A stretch of DNA of 64,000 nucleotides, taken from assembly GCA_964016885.1 (NCBI GenBank), contig OZ024742.1, forward strand, positions 88,722,001 through 88,786,000, in the 5' to 3' direction. A program made the translations under genes and the position numbers. The notes beneath the pieces were generated by a model. That model searched no databases and was not told the DNA's origin. It saw nothing but the letters and a program-made list of their open reading frames with translations. Shown here in pieces: positions 28,006-41,333 of the stretch (within the stretch, counting starts at the first letter, position 1; every line of letters begins with the position of its first letter). This stretch comes from Eledone cirrhosa. Taxonomy: Eukaryota.

Positions 28006-28058
28006 TTTTATTATACATATTTCGAATGTACGACAGTACGTCCTCATCAGACAAAATA
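28006..28058 (-). ncRNA. Hammerhead-like motif, isolated
   Basis: The reverse complement reads ttttgt-CTGATGA-ggacgtac-tgtc-gtacattc-GAAA-tatg-TA-taataaaa. Stem I is imperfect. Confidence 0.5.
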
Positions 28059-28151
28059 TAATGATACATGACATACCCTGCGATGTTAAATGGTTAAGAT
28101 TTAATCACGGTAGTGATTAACCTTCTTTGGCAGAATATTGTTTAACAATTT

Positions 28152-28198
<47 letters not shown>

Positions 28199-28808
28199 CT
28201 AATATATTTAGCTCTAGACCTAGCTATTGACCAGTTAATTTTATTGTTCATTTTTTGTCGATTCTATTAAATAATGAATAGCTCCTGTTTATTTTAACAT
28301 GTCTATTGAGCACTCTTATTCGATATGTGTATTTCCCCATTTTCCCGAAGATTTTTCGCGGATATAGAGGTTATCTCCCTTGCTGAATTCCATGTGCGTA
28401 TTTAGCCTGGGTTATGCCTTTTCATTCGTTTGGACAAAGCTCGTTGAGGAAGTAAATTTCCCGTCCGCTGGCATCTAGAATTCTTATATATTTTTATGTG
28501 AGCTGATAGAGGACAGTTTAAGGATTTACAGAAACCCAACAAGCTAGATTTACCATCTTTCTAGCGTGTCCGGGTATGCTTTTTACATTCATTTGATTTA
28601 TTGATTTATTGATTTTTTATCTGAGTGTCCCGAATCTTCCAGATCGCAATTTTTCGGTTGTATGGTTGATTATAGACTTGTTCTATGTGTGACGGTTTTT
28701 AACGATAGGTATAGCTCTGATGTATCTAAATTATTGAGCCCTCTGCCGCTCATATCGAATTTTGTTTATCGTGAACTCGTGCGCCGATTTTTCGATACTC
28801 GATTATTC

Positions 28809-28882
<74 letters not shown>

Positions 28883-28988
28883 TAATGAATATATGATAAA
28901 CACTAATACAAGTATATAAGTGTTTGTATTGCAAATGACCAAGTTAGCTAGATTGAACAATGCTAATTAAGTGTGTGTGTGTGTGTGC

Positions 28989-29035
<47 letters not shown>

Positions 29036-29038
<3 letters not shown>

Positions 29039-31320
29039 GAGAGACTATAATATAAGACGCTGTTTACCCGAGCTCTGCGGTTGGACTGAATCAGAATCAC
29101 ATGCTTCAATATCGAAATCTTGAAGCACAGAAATATGGCTAAACTCGTGTGTATTCTCAATGGGATAGCCTTTGGCGGGCATTCCTCTAAGCTCGTTAAC
29201 ATAAATATTTCATTAGATATAAACTGACACGGATTTAATCGATTAAACATCACTCAAAAACAATATGGTTGCCACACACACTCATCTATATGTATGTATG
29301 CATTTGTTTATAATCCTTGTGTGTACATGTTTATGTGGGAGTGTGCAATAATATATTCCTTGCCAGATATTTTAATAACGCTATGCATTTTTCGATAGAT
29401 ACACGTACGAAAATAAGAGCTCCATCCATTTGATGTACCCAAGCGGCAGAGTTATATCACTATAATTTAAACATAAAATAATAAAAATATTATAGATCTA
29501 AGAACATGGACACTCATATATTACATACCAAATTTATATTATCTTGATCTAAATCATACTATCACAACCAACAGGTGTGTAATGTATAGAGAAAGCTGAA
29601 TCAGAAACCGATGTACTTACACATTCTAACAAATCTTTCCAGCGTTTTTACAAATTTTGTTACCTATGTATAATATACGGATATATAAATCTTCTTCATA
29701 TAACTCCATTTTAAACAATGCTGACAGCCTAAAGAATCAGCAATATATTTTTAGATAAACATGAATTAAATCTATTCGGGATTAAGACCAAACCTATCGA
29801 GAAATATTATAATGTTTGAATGTAATGAAATTCAAACTCAGTTAGAATTGTACGAATATGCCAACCGCATAATGGTTCCGAAATGTGATGAGACAATGTG
29901 AACATTATCCATGTTGATGGATATAATTGCAAATAAAATACTTAACAGAAAATCTAAATATACTGCATCAACGACAGAAACAAAGTATATCATAACTGAG
30001 TGTACTGAGTCAGTTTAAAAAGAAATTCATTTAAATCTGATGATGTAGACAAGAGAAAGCGAAATTTATTTTCAAATTCTATACGGCAAATCATTGGGCT
30101 ATGGTGTAGTTATCTTTATCTATATCCATGTATTTAATTTGATCATGGTAACCTGCTCTATATAATGCATTATTATAGTATCTAGCCTTACTATAAAAAA
30201 ATTCTAATAGGGTTCCACAAATAAACTCTAGACTAATAAGCACATTTTTTATAGTAAGGCTAGATACTATAATAATGCATTAAATAGAGCAGGTTACCAC
30301 GATAAAATTGAGTACATGGATATAGATAAAGATAACTACAGCATTGCCCAATAATTTGCAGTATATTTAGATTTTCTATTACGTATTTTATTTGCAATTA
30401 TATCCATCAACATGGATAATGTTCACATTGTCTCATCACATTTCGGAACCATTATGCGGTTCGCATATTCGTACAATTCTAACTGAGTTTGAATTTCATT
30501 ACATTAAGAAATTATAATATTTCTTGATAATTTTGGTATTCATCCCGAATAGGTTTAATTCATGTTTAACTAAAAAAGGTTGCTTATTCTTTAGGCTATC
30601 AGCATTGTTTAAAATAGATTTATATGAAGATATTTTATATATTCGTATATTATATATAGGTAAGAAAATTTGTAAAAACGCTGGAAAAAGCTTTATTAGA
30701 ATGTGTAAGTACATCTGTTTCTGATTCAGCTTTCTCTATGCATTCCGGGTTCTTGGTTGAATGATATAAGTAAAAAATGAACTACGCACATGTTGGTTGT
30801 GTTAGAAGGTTTTAGATCAAGATAATATAAATTTGGTATGTAATATATGAGTGTCCATGTTCTTAGATCTATAATATTTTTATTATTTTATGTTTAAATT
30901 ATAGTGATTTAACTCTGCCGCTTCGGTACATCAAATGGATGGAGCTCTTATTTTCGCACGTATATCTATCGAAAAATGCATAGCGTTATTAAAGTATCTG
31001 GCAAGGAATATATTATTGCACACTCCCACATAAACATGTACACACAACACATATAAACAAATGCATACATACATATAGATGAGTGTGTGTGATAACCATA
31101 TTATTTTAGAGTCGTGATTAATCGATTAAAACTGTGTCAGTTTATATGTAATAAACTCTTTATGTTAACGAGCTTAGCGGAATGCCCGCCAAAGGCTATC
31201 CCATTGAGAATACACATAGCGTTTAACCATAGTTGTTTGCTTCAAGATCTCGATGTCGAAGCACAGGATTCAGGTTCAGTCCCACTGCATAGCTCGTCTT
31301 ATAATATAGCCTCTCCTATA
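29036..31320. repeat. ~2.28 kb diverged fold-back element
   Basis: Ends: taggagagactataatataagacg / cgtcttataatatagcctctccta. Centre: tatagtatctagccttactataaaaaa..~40 nt..ttttttatagtaaggctagatactata at ~30225. Confidence 0.93.
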
Positions 31321-31329
31321 TATATATAT

Positions 31330-34078
31330 TAGTGTGTTCCACAAAAGTGTTTTTTCTTAGCTCCCTATGCATTTTCACATGGCATTTTGTATAGTATCAA
31401 TTTATAATGTAATGTTGATTTTTTTCAGACTAATTTAAGCCTTGTCTAATAATTGCAAATTGGCAGAATTATGGCGGAAACAAGTGGGCCTAGTTGTGGC
31501 TACTTGCTCAGTTGTGATAATCGAGAAATATGGCTCCTGGGGCAATATGTTACATCCTTTTCACCAAACAAAATACCAACAAAGGGGGATGTTCTAAGAT
31601 ATTTCTTCTACCTGAAAGAAGGTACTATGTAGCACGAAAAGCATGCGAGCTTCAATGGTGCTATTGCAGATAGGCTTGTGAAGGAAGTAGTTAGTCAGTG
31701 GGAAAAAACTGGTGTGGCGACTCAACGAAAAGACAAAGTGAAACTGAAAATTATGAACATGTACAGTGAATACAGAAATTTTCAAAACAAACAGAGATTC
31801 TAAGTAAAACAAAGAAAAGGAAGCTATATTTATTTCTGAATTGGATTAGTATTCCTACATTGCACATACTGATGCTGAAAAGAACATTTGGAAAGACCGT
31901 CCTCGTAATAATGAACAGAAAATGGAAGATGCTAAATTTCTCGAAGCCCTGCGTTGCCAGAAAAGAGTATCTCTGGGTGCTGAAGAAAAGGGTGATCAGA
32001 AAAAGGTATCATCAAAGTTTAAGTGTGATCAGGTTTCTGTGGCTCGTCGAGAGTCAGAGAACTATAGAAAGCGTTTGTCAGGATCTGTAGCAGCACAACT
32101 TCCACGTAATGAACTGAGTGATTCAAGTTCAACCAATTATGAAACTGAAGATGAACAGGATCCTCAATTTTAGGCCTCAAACCCACCCAGAGACAGCTCA
32201 AAATCAGACAAGAAACGAAAATCCAGCTGGAACTCCCAAAGAATCCATTTCAAAGTCCAAAAATGTATCTAATGGCTAAGCGTTTAAACTTGACACTGGG
32301 CCAGACAACAGCATATATGGCATCGATTATTTCTGAGGGTGGTACTGACATAGAGACCACAACTCTCTCCAAGAATAGTAGCAGACGTGCAGCTAAGAAG
32401 ATCAGAACTGTGGGGGCTGAACACATAAAGGAACATTTTGCTGTACCAGACTTTGTTACCTTGCATTAGGATGGAAAAATAATTCCTGGAGACCACGTGT
32501 GCTAGTTGCTGGAACTCCGGACTTCAGAGTAGGTAAACTCCTCGGTGTTCCCATAATTCCTGATGGCACTGGAACCACCCAAGCCAAATCATCATTTGAT
32601 CTTGTTAAAGATTGCAATGATGATGGGTCTGTGGTGGGCTTGGTCTTCGACACAACTGCTTCGAATTCTGGATGGAAAAATTGAGTCTGCGTGAAAGTGG
32701 AAAAGATGCTCAACAAAAAGGTGTTTTATTTTGCTTGTCGGCACCATGTCATGGAGCATATCGTGTGCAGTGTGGCAACAACTATTCGGAGCAATGTCCA
32801 GTCCAGACACCCCAGAGTTCAAGTTCAAAACAGATTGGGTGTCACTCACGGACAAGACCAACTTTAAAACATTGAACATTGTCGACCGGAGACTCGAGCG
32901 TCTGTGTTCTGAGAACATCAAGTTCCTCCAAGATTTGCTGACATCCAACGATGGGAAAATGAGTTTTCTTCCACAGGACGACTACCGAGAATGTGCCGAG
33001 TTGATGTTGATCTTGCTTGGTGTCACCCCTCCACGTGGAATTAACTGGATGCTGTCTGGTGCACATCATAACGCTCGCTGGATGTCCCCAATCATCTATA
33101 GTGCAAAGATGTATGCATTTGGTGAGCGATTCAATTACGATCAAGCTAAAATGGAAAAGTTGCGCCGGTTCTGTATGTTCAATGCTCTGTTGTACGTGCT
33201 ATACTGGCTGACAGCCGTCTAATGTGCTGATGCACCATCCAATGACCTTCAATTCTACGTGGAGTTGACACAGTACAGTAGGGTCGACAGAGATCTCTCG
33301 CAGGCAGCCACTACTGCTCTGAGCAGGCATCGTTGGTACCTGACGAAGGAAGCCATTCCGTTAGCGTTGTTTTCAAGTCGGGTCCAAGAGTCCGAGTAGA
33401 AACAAATAGCCCAACGTCTTGTCAAAACGAAAACATCTGGGCCTCTCGGCCGTGGTGCTCCAGTATTTCCCGAGTTGAAGTCGTCCACGAAGCTGCCTCA
33501 TCTAGTAGGGAAGAAATCAAAGCTTTTGTTCGATCTCCTTAGTCTCGACGATGCTTGGTTTGAGCTGTCACCTGCAACATGGTCATCACAAGCGTCATAT
33601 CAAAATGCCTGTGCACAATATCAAGGTAGTCAACGATCTGGCGGAGAGAGCAGTCAAGTTGATAACTGATTGTGTTGCCATCACCAAGAATGAGGAGGAG
33701 AAGCAGTGTGTTCTTCAAGTAGAGGAAGCTCATCGTTGCAATGTCCCGGATTTCAAAAAGGAAACTCTGAAAAAATATGACTGGAGTTAACTTAACTGAA
33801 CTTGTTTCTTCCTTGTACGCCTTTATATTCAAAGCTGGTCTACTAAATATAATGGATTAATACAATAAACAATTATTGTATGGTCATATTTGGTTTCACA
33901 TTTTCATGATTTCATGCAACATGATCACACTTTCCACTATAATTACCATGATATAGGCAAGACTCAAAATAATTTATTTTATACAGAATATGTTTTATTT
34001 TACCAATTTGGACATTTATAATGGGAAAATACACAGAGAACGTTAGTATTGTCACGTTGCTTTTTATGGCACTCTCTA
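31330..34078 (+). mobile_element. hAT-related (hATm-like) DNA transposon, full-length but decayed
   Basis: Imperfect TIRs TAGTGTGTTCCACAAAA / (rc) TAGAGAGTGCCATAAAA. The 8-bp flanks atatatat and atatttat are TSD-like. A transposase relic lies inside. The family label is from recalled motifs. Confidence 0.75.
31471..33790 (+). pseudogene. DDE transposase pseudogene
   Basis: IPTKGDVLRYFF; VTLH*DGK; VFDTTASNSG; FACRHH; HNARWM; RHRWYL; KVVNDLAERAVKL; multiple stops and frameshifts. Confidence 0.88.
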
Positions 34079-34779
34079 ATATTTATATATATATATATAT
34101 ATATATCATCAATTAAATGAAAACTTTTAATATATATATACATATATATATACATATATATATGTATATATATATATATATATATTTCTGCGGGTAGAAA
34201 TTAGCGAAAAGCAACGTCCATATTGTGCAGACAAGCGCTCCATGAAAATGAAGAAGATACCAGAGCTATAAACATAAGTTAAAATGGTCATACACGCTGA
34301 GACGATGGTTAAGAAGCCATTAATCACCATAGCCAAAAAAGCGAACAAGCTAAACGGGTCAAACAAATGAGACATGATTGAAATATTTACCCGGACACAC
34401 GGGGAAGATGGAATACTCGGAAACTGGGTTTCTGCAACATCTAAATCAATAATACTGCCTGCTTATAAAAAATAAGCTTTTGGTATAGTGATCGAACAAG
34501 GCATCGCTTTCTCAACAGGTTTGTGTTCTTCTTGCGCCAGAATCTCGCAGGTTATGAAAGCACATGTGAGATTCTAAGGGGATAAAACCCCTATTTTGGC
34601 CAATGAAGTCAACATGTGTAGTTATTGCAAAAATTGGCAAAATGCACAAAACGAATTAACATCTCTACCGAGTTGGTTTTTAAAATAAACTTAAGCGATT
34701 AATCAGTCAATAGAATTAACTAAAAAGACCAATATATATATACCTTATATATATATATATAAATATATATATATAAATA

Positions 34780-34871
<92 letters not shown>

Positions 34872-34875
<4 letters not shown>

Positions 34876-35072
34876 GAAGGAAGTGTGGTAAGGAACCAGG
34901 TGGACCATAACGCACAAGAGTACTCGATACTTTGGGTAGTAGAGTGGGTAATATGAAACAGATCAGGACCCCGACGGCAGAGCTCAAGCCGTATCAACGG
35001 CTATTTCAGTCCAGAAATAGCCGTCGAAACGGCGTGAGCTCTGCCGTCGGGGTCCTTAACTTGTTCCTATAT
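34872..35072 (-). repeat. Family H copy 2 with a 92-nt near-perfect hairpin (34965-35056)
   Basis: aggaccccgacggcagagctc...acggctatttc-agtcca-gaaatagccgt...gagctctgccgtcggggtcct. Confidence 0.85.
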
Positions 35073-35074
35073 AA

Positions 35075-35125
<51 letters not shown>

Positions 35126-35155
35126 TGTGTGTGTGCGCGTGTGTGTGTGTGTGTA

Positions 35156-35271
35156 TGCCATAAATTAAATGAACACCTTAAAAAGAGTCCAAAACCATTG
35201 CCTGTTGACATAATTTTCGATTTCACCTAACAGATTCTGATCACTACTAGATTATCTACATATATATATAT

Positions 35272-35334
<63 letters not shown>

Positions 35335-35430
35335 TGTGTGTGTGTAGATAACCTAGTAGTGATCAGATTTTGTTGGGTGAAATCGAAATTTATTTCAACA
35401 GGCAATAGGTAATCATTTAATTCATGGTAT
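35156..35430. repeat. Inverted repeat centred on a (TA)(TG)n microsatellite
   Basis: ttgcctgttga..ttcgatttcacc..ctgatcactactag.ttatctaca-[microsatellite]-tgtagataa.ctagtagtgatcag..ggtgaaatcgaa..tcaacaggcaa. Confidence 0.85.
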
Positions 35431-35439
35431 GGGTAATAA

Positions 35440-36630
35440 AGGCCTGAATTAAGGTTTAATGTTATGTCTAGGAAGTTGACTATTCTATTATTATTTTATA
35501 GTTCAATTATTATTTTAAAATTTTTAAATTCAATTATTATTTTCTTTTTCCTGTTAAGGGCGCAATTATTATTGTTAATTAACGTGAAAAGATCATCATT
35601 GCGGTACAAACCCCTACCAAGTTCAGGTAATCTTCTGTTAATTAGTTTAAGGATAAAATTTCAACAAGGTCTGTGACCTGACCCGAGTCTGTGGCTTCTA
35701 TTGTGATCTCGAAGCTGCAAGATCAGTCAGATCTGGTCCATAATTCTTCGTTCAAATCAATTATCGTCTTCCTCGCCGTAATAATAATATTAACTTCCTC
35801 ACTTGAACGGTCAGTCCATTCCATTGCGTATATTAAGGCACTATTTAGTAATGTTGGTGAAATAGAAGAATAGTAGCTAGTTATCTCCATTTGTATAAAT
35901 TTGAATGAACCAATCAATAATGTCATTGGTTCCATTCCATAGTTTAAGTTGGGTTCGCAGTTTTAATGTACGTATGATTCTGTCTAGAATGCTCTTACTT
36001 ATAATTCCTAAATCAGATTTATAACCGGTAGCTTCGATTCAAAGATATGTTTATTGACTTTAATATTTATTGCCAGTGTTTTAGGTATGAAAGGTTCAGT
36101 GCGGTGTTGGATCCCAAGTCTGGTGACAATTTCATTTGCTTCTTTATTGATAGACTCAAAGTTTTCCTAAGTTGTTTTACAGTAGTTTTTTTTCTAAGTT
36201 CTCTGATTATTTATTTATTTTACGCATCTTTATCAAGACTATAGAGGTTGTCGGTTTTGTCAGAGTGCGCTGGATTTTGGGGGTTTCTTGGAGTTCATTA
36301 ATTTTCTACCTTAGGTTTTTTAGATACTCCTGACCGCTCTATGGGTCTTTCTTAAATGTTATGCCTTGAATGTTATTGGCTAATTCATTTTCAAATTCCG
36401 CTAGATATTTTTTATACAGTGGGTTTTTCCTAGACTTAATTATCCATTCGAGACTGTTCTTAACTGAGTTAGCTTGCTTTTCATTTGTGTTCACGTCAAG
36501 GTGATAAGCATGCCACCACATTCTTCTTACAAAGAAATCAGTGTTGTCGATTGATTGCTTTGTAAACTCCCTTTCCATGTATTGGCATATCTATAAGGGT
36601 TGAGAAGATATTAAAGCATTCCATCCTTTT
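35440..36630 (-). mobile_element. Penelope-like element 5'/RT fragment (decayed)
   Basis: FFVRRMWWHAYHLD..KNPLYKKYLAEFENEL and YYSSISPTLLNSAL..IIITARKTII are homologous to the 23.5 kb PLE. Confidence 0.85.
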
Positions 36631-38067
36631 GGTATCTGTTATAGAAGAAAGTGCTCACAAATGATATGAGCATAAATTTGTTCAATTAGAGCGAGTTCGT
36701 TGATTTATAATCAGCCGACATTTATATAACATGCCAAGCACTCAACGGTATATGTTTATCCGGGGTATTTTTATAATAATGATAAACAGAAAAGACAGTT
36801 ACTTCAGACCATCCCTATTTATTTTATTATACGTATTTCCAAGACGTATAGCCTATGTATAACATGCTCATGTATATCATGTAACTTCTAAATTTATAAA
36901 AAGGTGGTATAACCATCGCCACTCGTTGAAAAGAAACGATAAAAGATTTAGCACGGTCCTATCAAAATTGATTTGGTCACTTAAAATTAATAATATGGAA
37001 TTCTCCCTTTCTTGGCGGAAACTTTCTCATGTTTTTCCTTATGAAAATGCATCTTTATCTAAAGGGTGTGACCTCTGTACTACAGAGATTCGGCTCTTCA
37101 AATAATTATAGATAAACGCCTGGCGATGTGTAACTCTTGTCTTCACAAATTCACCAAGACATTTCATAGAGTATTTAGTTAAAATTTAAATAAATCTAAA
37201 TAGACTATGAAATAAGCAATACAATTTTTTTTTTATATTTAGTTTCAAGCTAATGTATTGTTCAAATGTAAATAAAGCTAAATAGATTATGAAATATGTA
37301 ACATAACATTTCTTCATTATAACATCAATCTTATATTTTTGAACAATATCTAACATAAATTGATAAAATAGGCTACAGTACATACATCTTTTCCTTTGAA
37401 ATAATTGATAACCCGGTAACATGATACCCTACCCAGTTACAAAAGTAACAACGCCAACTGTTAAATAAAATTTCCCCTTATATATATCTACTTTAATACG
37501 AAATTAGTATTTTAATATTTACTTTAATATATAGTTACATTATAACTATAGCATCTTTGAATAAATATCTAAATTTTTGGAAATAGTATCTAATTTAATC
37601 TAGCATAAGTGATGAATAGATAGACTAACAGTCCATGTTTGTTTTCTTGTTATCTATTTGACCAATCCGGTAACCTCATACTCTAACCAGTTCAAAAACT
37701 CCAACACCAACTGTAATATTTTTCCCACTCATGCAATATCTTGTGTGTGGAGGTTATTTCCAAGCATATGCTTGCCGGCCACTGAACTCAATAGCTCGTC
37801 CGACCACCTGCATATAAAATGATATCTACATCTCCAGTGGAATTTATCTGAAGAGAACATGTTTTGACTTAAGTAATACATAAGCTATACATCTTCGAAA
37901 TACGTATGAAATAAATAGGGATGGTGTAAAGTAAGTATCTATTTTGTTTATTATTATACATATACGTGTGTGTGTGCGTGTGTGTGAGTGTTTGTGTATG
38001 TGTGCATGTGTATATATATACGCTTATATATATATATACAGACACATTTATAGTCACATATACATAT

Positions 38068-38138
<71 letters not shown>

Positions 38139-39621
38139 ACAGTGTGCGTATCTCTTTATACAAATATAAGAGCGGAAGAGTGCATATATGCACCCTTGTT
38201 TGTGCCTCTAAAAATAAAAACAAAAATTATATTTTTTACATTGGTAAACAAATTTGACACGAATATCCGAAGGCAGTGATACATGGTGACAATCATAAAT
38301 GTTTTCTTAGAAAAGTACAAAATGAATTTTATTTTCTTTAAAAAATTATATACATCTGTGGCTCTCCTTTCTCCTACGCCCTACCTACACCTTATTCATT
38401 TCCTCGCCCTCCTTTATAATCTATTTTTTCCTTTCTTCTTCTAATGATGCTTCCATTTCATTTTCTCTTTCTTTTCCCAATGTTTCTCCCTCAATCTATT
38501 TCACTTTCCCTCCATCATTCACAACACCACATACAATTCCACCTCCACCTCCTTATATCACCTAGTTTCCCATTTTCAATTACCACTCTTCAAAGCACTC
38601 AAAGAAAACTGTAAATAACGATACCAACCAATTTTATCTGATCTTTCTGGAGGGTTTCATACGAATGAAATATGTCTTTTCCTGTAGAAGTCATTCCTGT
38701 ATATAATAGAGATGCGTATGTTTTTTAAATATCTTTTTAACCGTGGTTACCACACAATACCCATCGAAAATATATGCTTATTTATATATATATTAATTCA
38801 TTAGGAGTGTTAGGTTGTTACATTTTAATACGGCAGCCAATTCTGTTTCTGACATATCCCGCTAATGTTTTTAATTTAGTATGTCTCAATTTGTAGATAC
38901 TGTATTGTGATGTATTTTCTATCGTACAATTGTGTAATTCAAAGATCTAGCTTTCTGTAAGTTTTGAATGTTTCCTTTTAAAATTATAGCGGAAATCTTA
39001 GTTTCCGTTTATAAGCATATGTCCTCCTTCCCTCGCTCAATTTAAAATGCCGAGTATATTGTCAGATTCTCACTGTGTAACGTCGGGGAATATATCAACG
39101 AAACTTGAGTTTCAAGACTCATAATCATTTAAATGAAATAAAGGGAATTTATATAGACATAGAAACCGGTGTTAATCCAAGGCAATATTTAAGATACTAT
39201 ACCAATTATATTATAGAAAGTAAATGGCTGGTTCAATAAAAGAAGTTATTACTCGCATATAACTAAAAAAATAATATTAATTACACTAGACATACATATG
39301 ACCCAAGAGAAATAAAAGTATACATTGTACGTTATTGATAATGACCCCACAACATGTGTATAATCATCTGAGGTATGACGATTTGTATTCTTCATTGCTT
39401 GCGCGATAATCCCATTCAAACAGTCTTATCTGTTTTTGCCTACTGTTTCTGTCACTATTCCTATTGGAAAAATATATATTCGCCCTTCCCTTGTTAAGAA
39501 GCTGCTAATTTAAATTAATATGTTTAGCAAACAATTTAATTTTTAATATGACAGGAATTTTGAAGTCATACACTTTAATATGTTAAATTTCTACGAAACG
39601 ACCACGTTTAATTTTTTAAAT

Positions 39622-39804
39622 AATTGTTTCTACTTTTGGCACAAGACCAGCAATTATCCAGTAGATTACTGGTACTTTATTTTATCGACCACGTAAGGAT
39701 GAAAGGCAAAGTTAACCTCGGCGGGATTTGAACTCAGAATGGCAAGGCCCGTAACTCTATACGTCAAAGCATGGCGTCCGACCATCTACCGAGACTGCCA
39801 ATTC
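39622..39804 (-). mobile_element. SINE (tRNA-headed, MetaSINE-like)
   Basis: Reverse complement of the family core, including box B-like gagttcaaatccc. Confidence 0.85.
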
Positions 39805-40877
39805 AATGATTGAATTAGATGTAGAGTGAGAACAAGTGTATTTCCTTTCATTGATTACTGTTGACTTTCACCAAAAGAATATTTAGGTTGAATTACGATT
39901 TCACTGTCCAAGAACGGGACGCAAACAAGATTCCACCAGATTTAGCACATATGCTGACAAAAAATATTACGGCCTCCGTATAGTAACAAATTTCACACGG
40001 AAAATGTTATAATTTCAGCATGTGTAATTTTATAGTTAGCACAATATATGAAATAATCAATACATTCAATAGATATTTGTAAACAGATAGACACTTTGTA
40101 AATATATAAATTGAAAATTGATACAAATTCTAAACAGATTAAAAACTGTGAAAACAGATTCAAATATCGATTGATAACATTTTTTTTTTTAAATGTAAAC
40201 AGGAATATATTTTGAAATTAATTTCACTTGCACTGTTTCTCATCGTCTTTTTTTTATTTTCGTTTATTTGCTTTTACTAATAATTATACTTCCACCTTAT
40301 TTTTTATCGTAGATATATTTGGTATTTATTTTTTTTTCTTACATATCGAGATTTAAAGCTAAAACAAACCTAAAAGTAGAATCAAATGCATGGATTGATG
40401 CAATACATATTTTCTTTGATACCAGGTACATAGGATTTATACGGCAGATGGAAGTATTGCTGGGGGAACTAACATCAAAGTCGATACTGGTGCAATACAT
40501 TGATAGAATATAAAATGGCACAATTAAATAATATAAAACATTTACCATCCATCATATACGTGTATTCTACACTAGTGCCCTTGTTTTGTATTTTCAAATG
40601 ATATGGAAGGTATATATTATATATCCATTACATAATAGTATCAAATATATTGATTACCTTATTATGTATTGATGATATTTATCCCTTATATCTAGCTTGT
40701 ATGTCGTAGACCTCTGATCAAACACATATATACCAATAACATTCTTCCCTTTTGCAGGTTTGATGTAACCAATTTTTTCTCATTTACTCAAATAACTATA
40801 CGTTCTCTTAATTTACTCAACATTGCCATTCTTCTTCTTCTACTCCTACTTCTTCTTCTCATTATTAATATTATTAA

Positions 40878-41108
40878 GAGCGGTGGATTGGCATTACCGG
40901 TAGATGGTCGGATGCCATGCTTTGCAGCATAGAGGTACGGCCCTTTATGACCTAAGTTCAAATCCGGCCGAGGTTAACTTTGCCTTTCGTCATTACGGAG
41001 TCGATAAAATAAAGTACAAGTCACGCACTGGGGTCGATATAATCGACTTCCCTCTCACCCCAGATGGCTGGCCTTGTGTCAATATATGAAACTATTATTA
41101 TTATTATA
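40878..41108 (+). mobile_element. SINE
   Basis: Box A-like tggcattaccgg, box B gttcaaatcc, core, TTA tail. Confidence 0.88.
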
Positions 41109-41109
41109 A

Positions 41110-41333
41110 GGGCGGCGGATTAGTAGTATCGGTAGAGGGTCGGACACCATTATTCGCAGCATATAATTACGGCCCTTTATGATCTGAGTTCAACCCCCGC
41201 CGAGGTTAATTTGCCTTTCGTCTTTACGGGGTCGATAAAATAAAGCACCAGTCACGCACTGGGGTCCATGTCATCGAATTTCCTCTCCCCCAAAATTGCT
41301 GGCATTGTGCCTATATAAGAAAACATTATTATT
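41110..41333 (+). mobile_element. SINE in tandem with the previous copy
   Basis: Second head-to-tail copy starting in the previous TTA tail. Confidence 0.88.

Noticed and set aside
30025-30078. CTGATGA..GCGAAA in the left arm of the second fold-back
   Set aside because: Stem II barely pairs, so it cannot be supported as an HHR.
34950-35065. Family H hairpin as a type II hammerhead
   Set aside because: GAAAC precedes the stem but no CUGANGA follows it.
40319-40513. Possible host exon
   Set aside because: It is short, with no recognisable domain and no partner exons.
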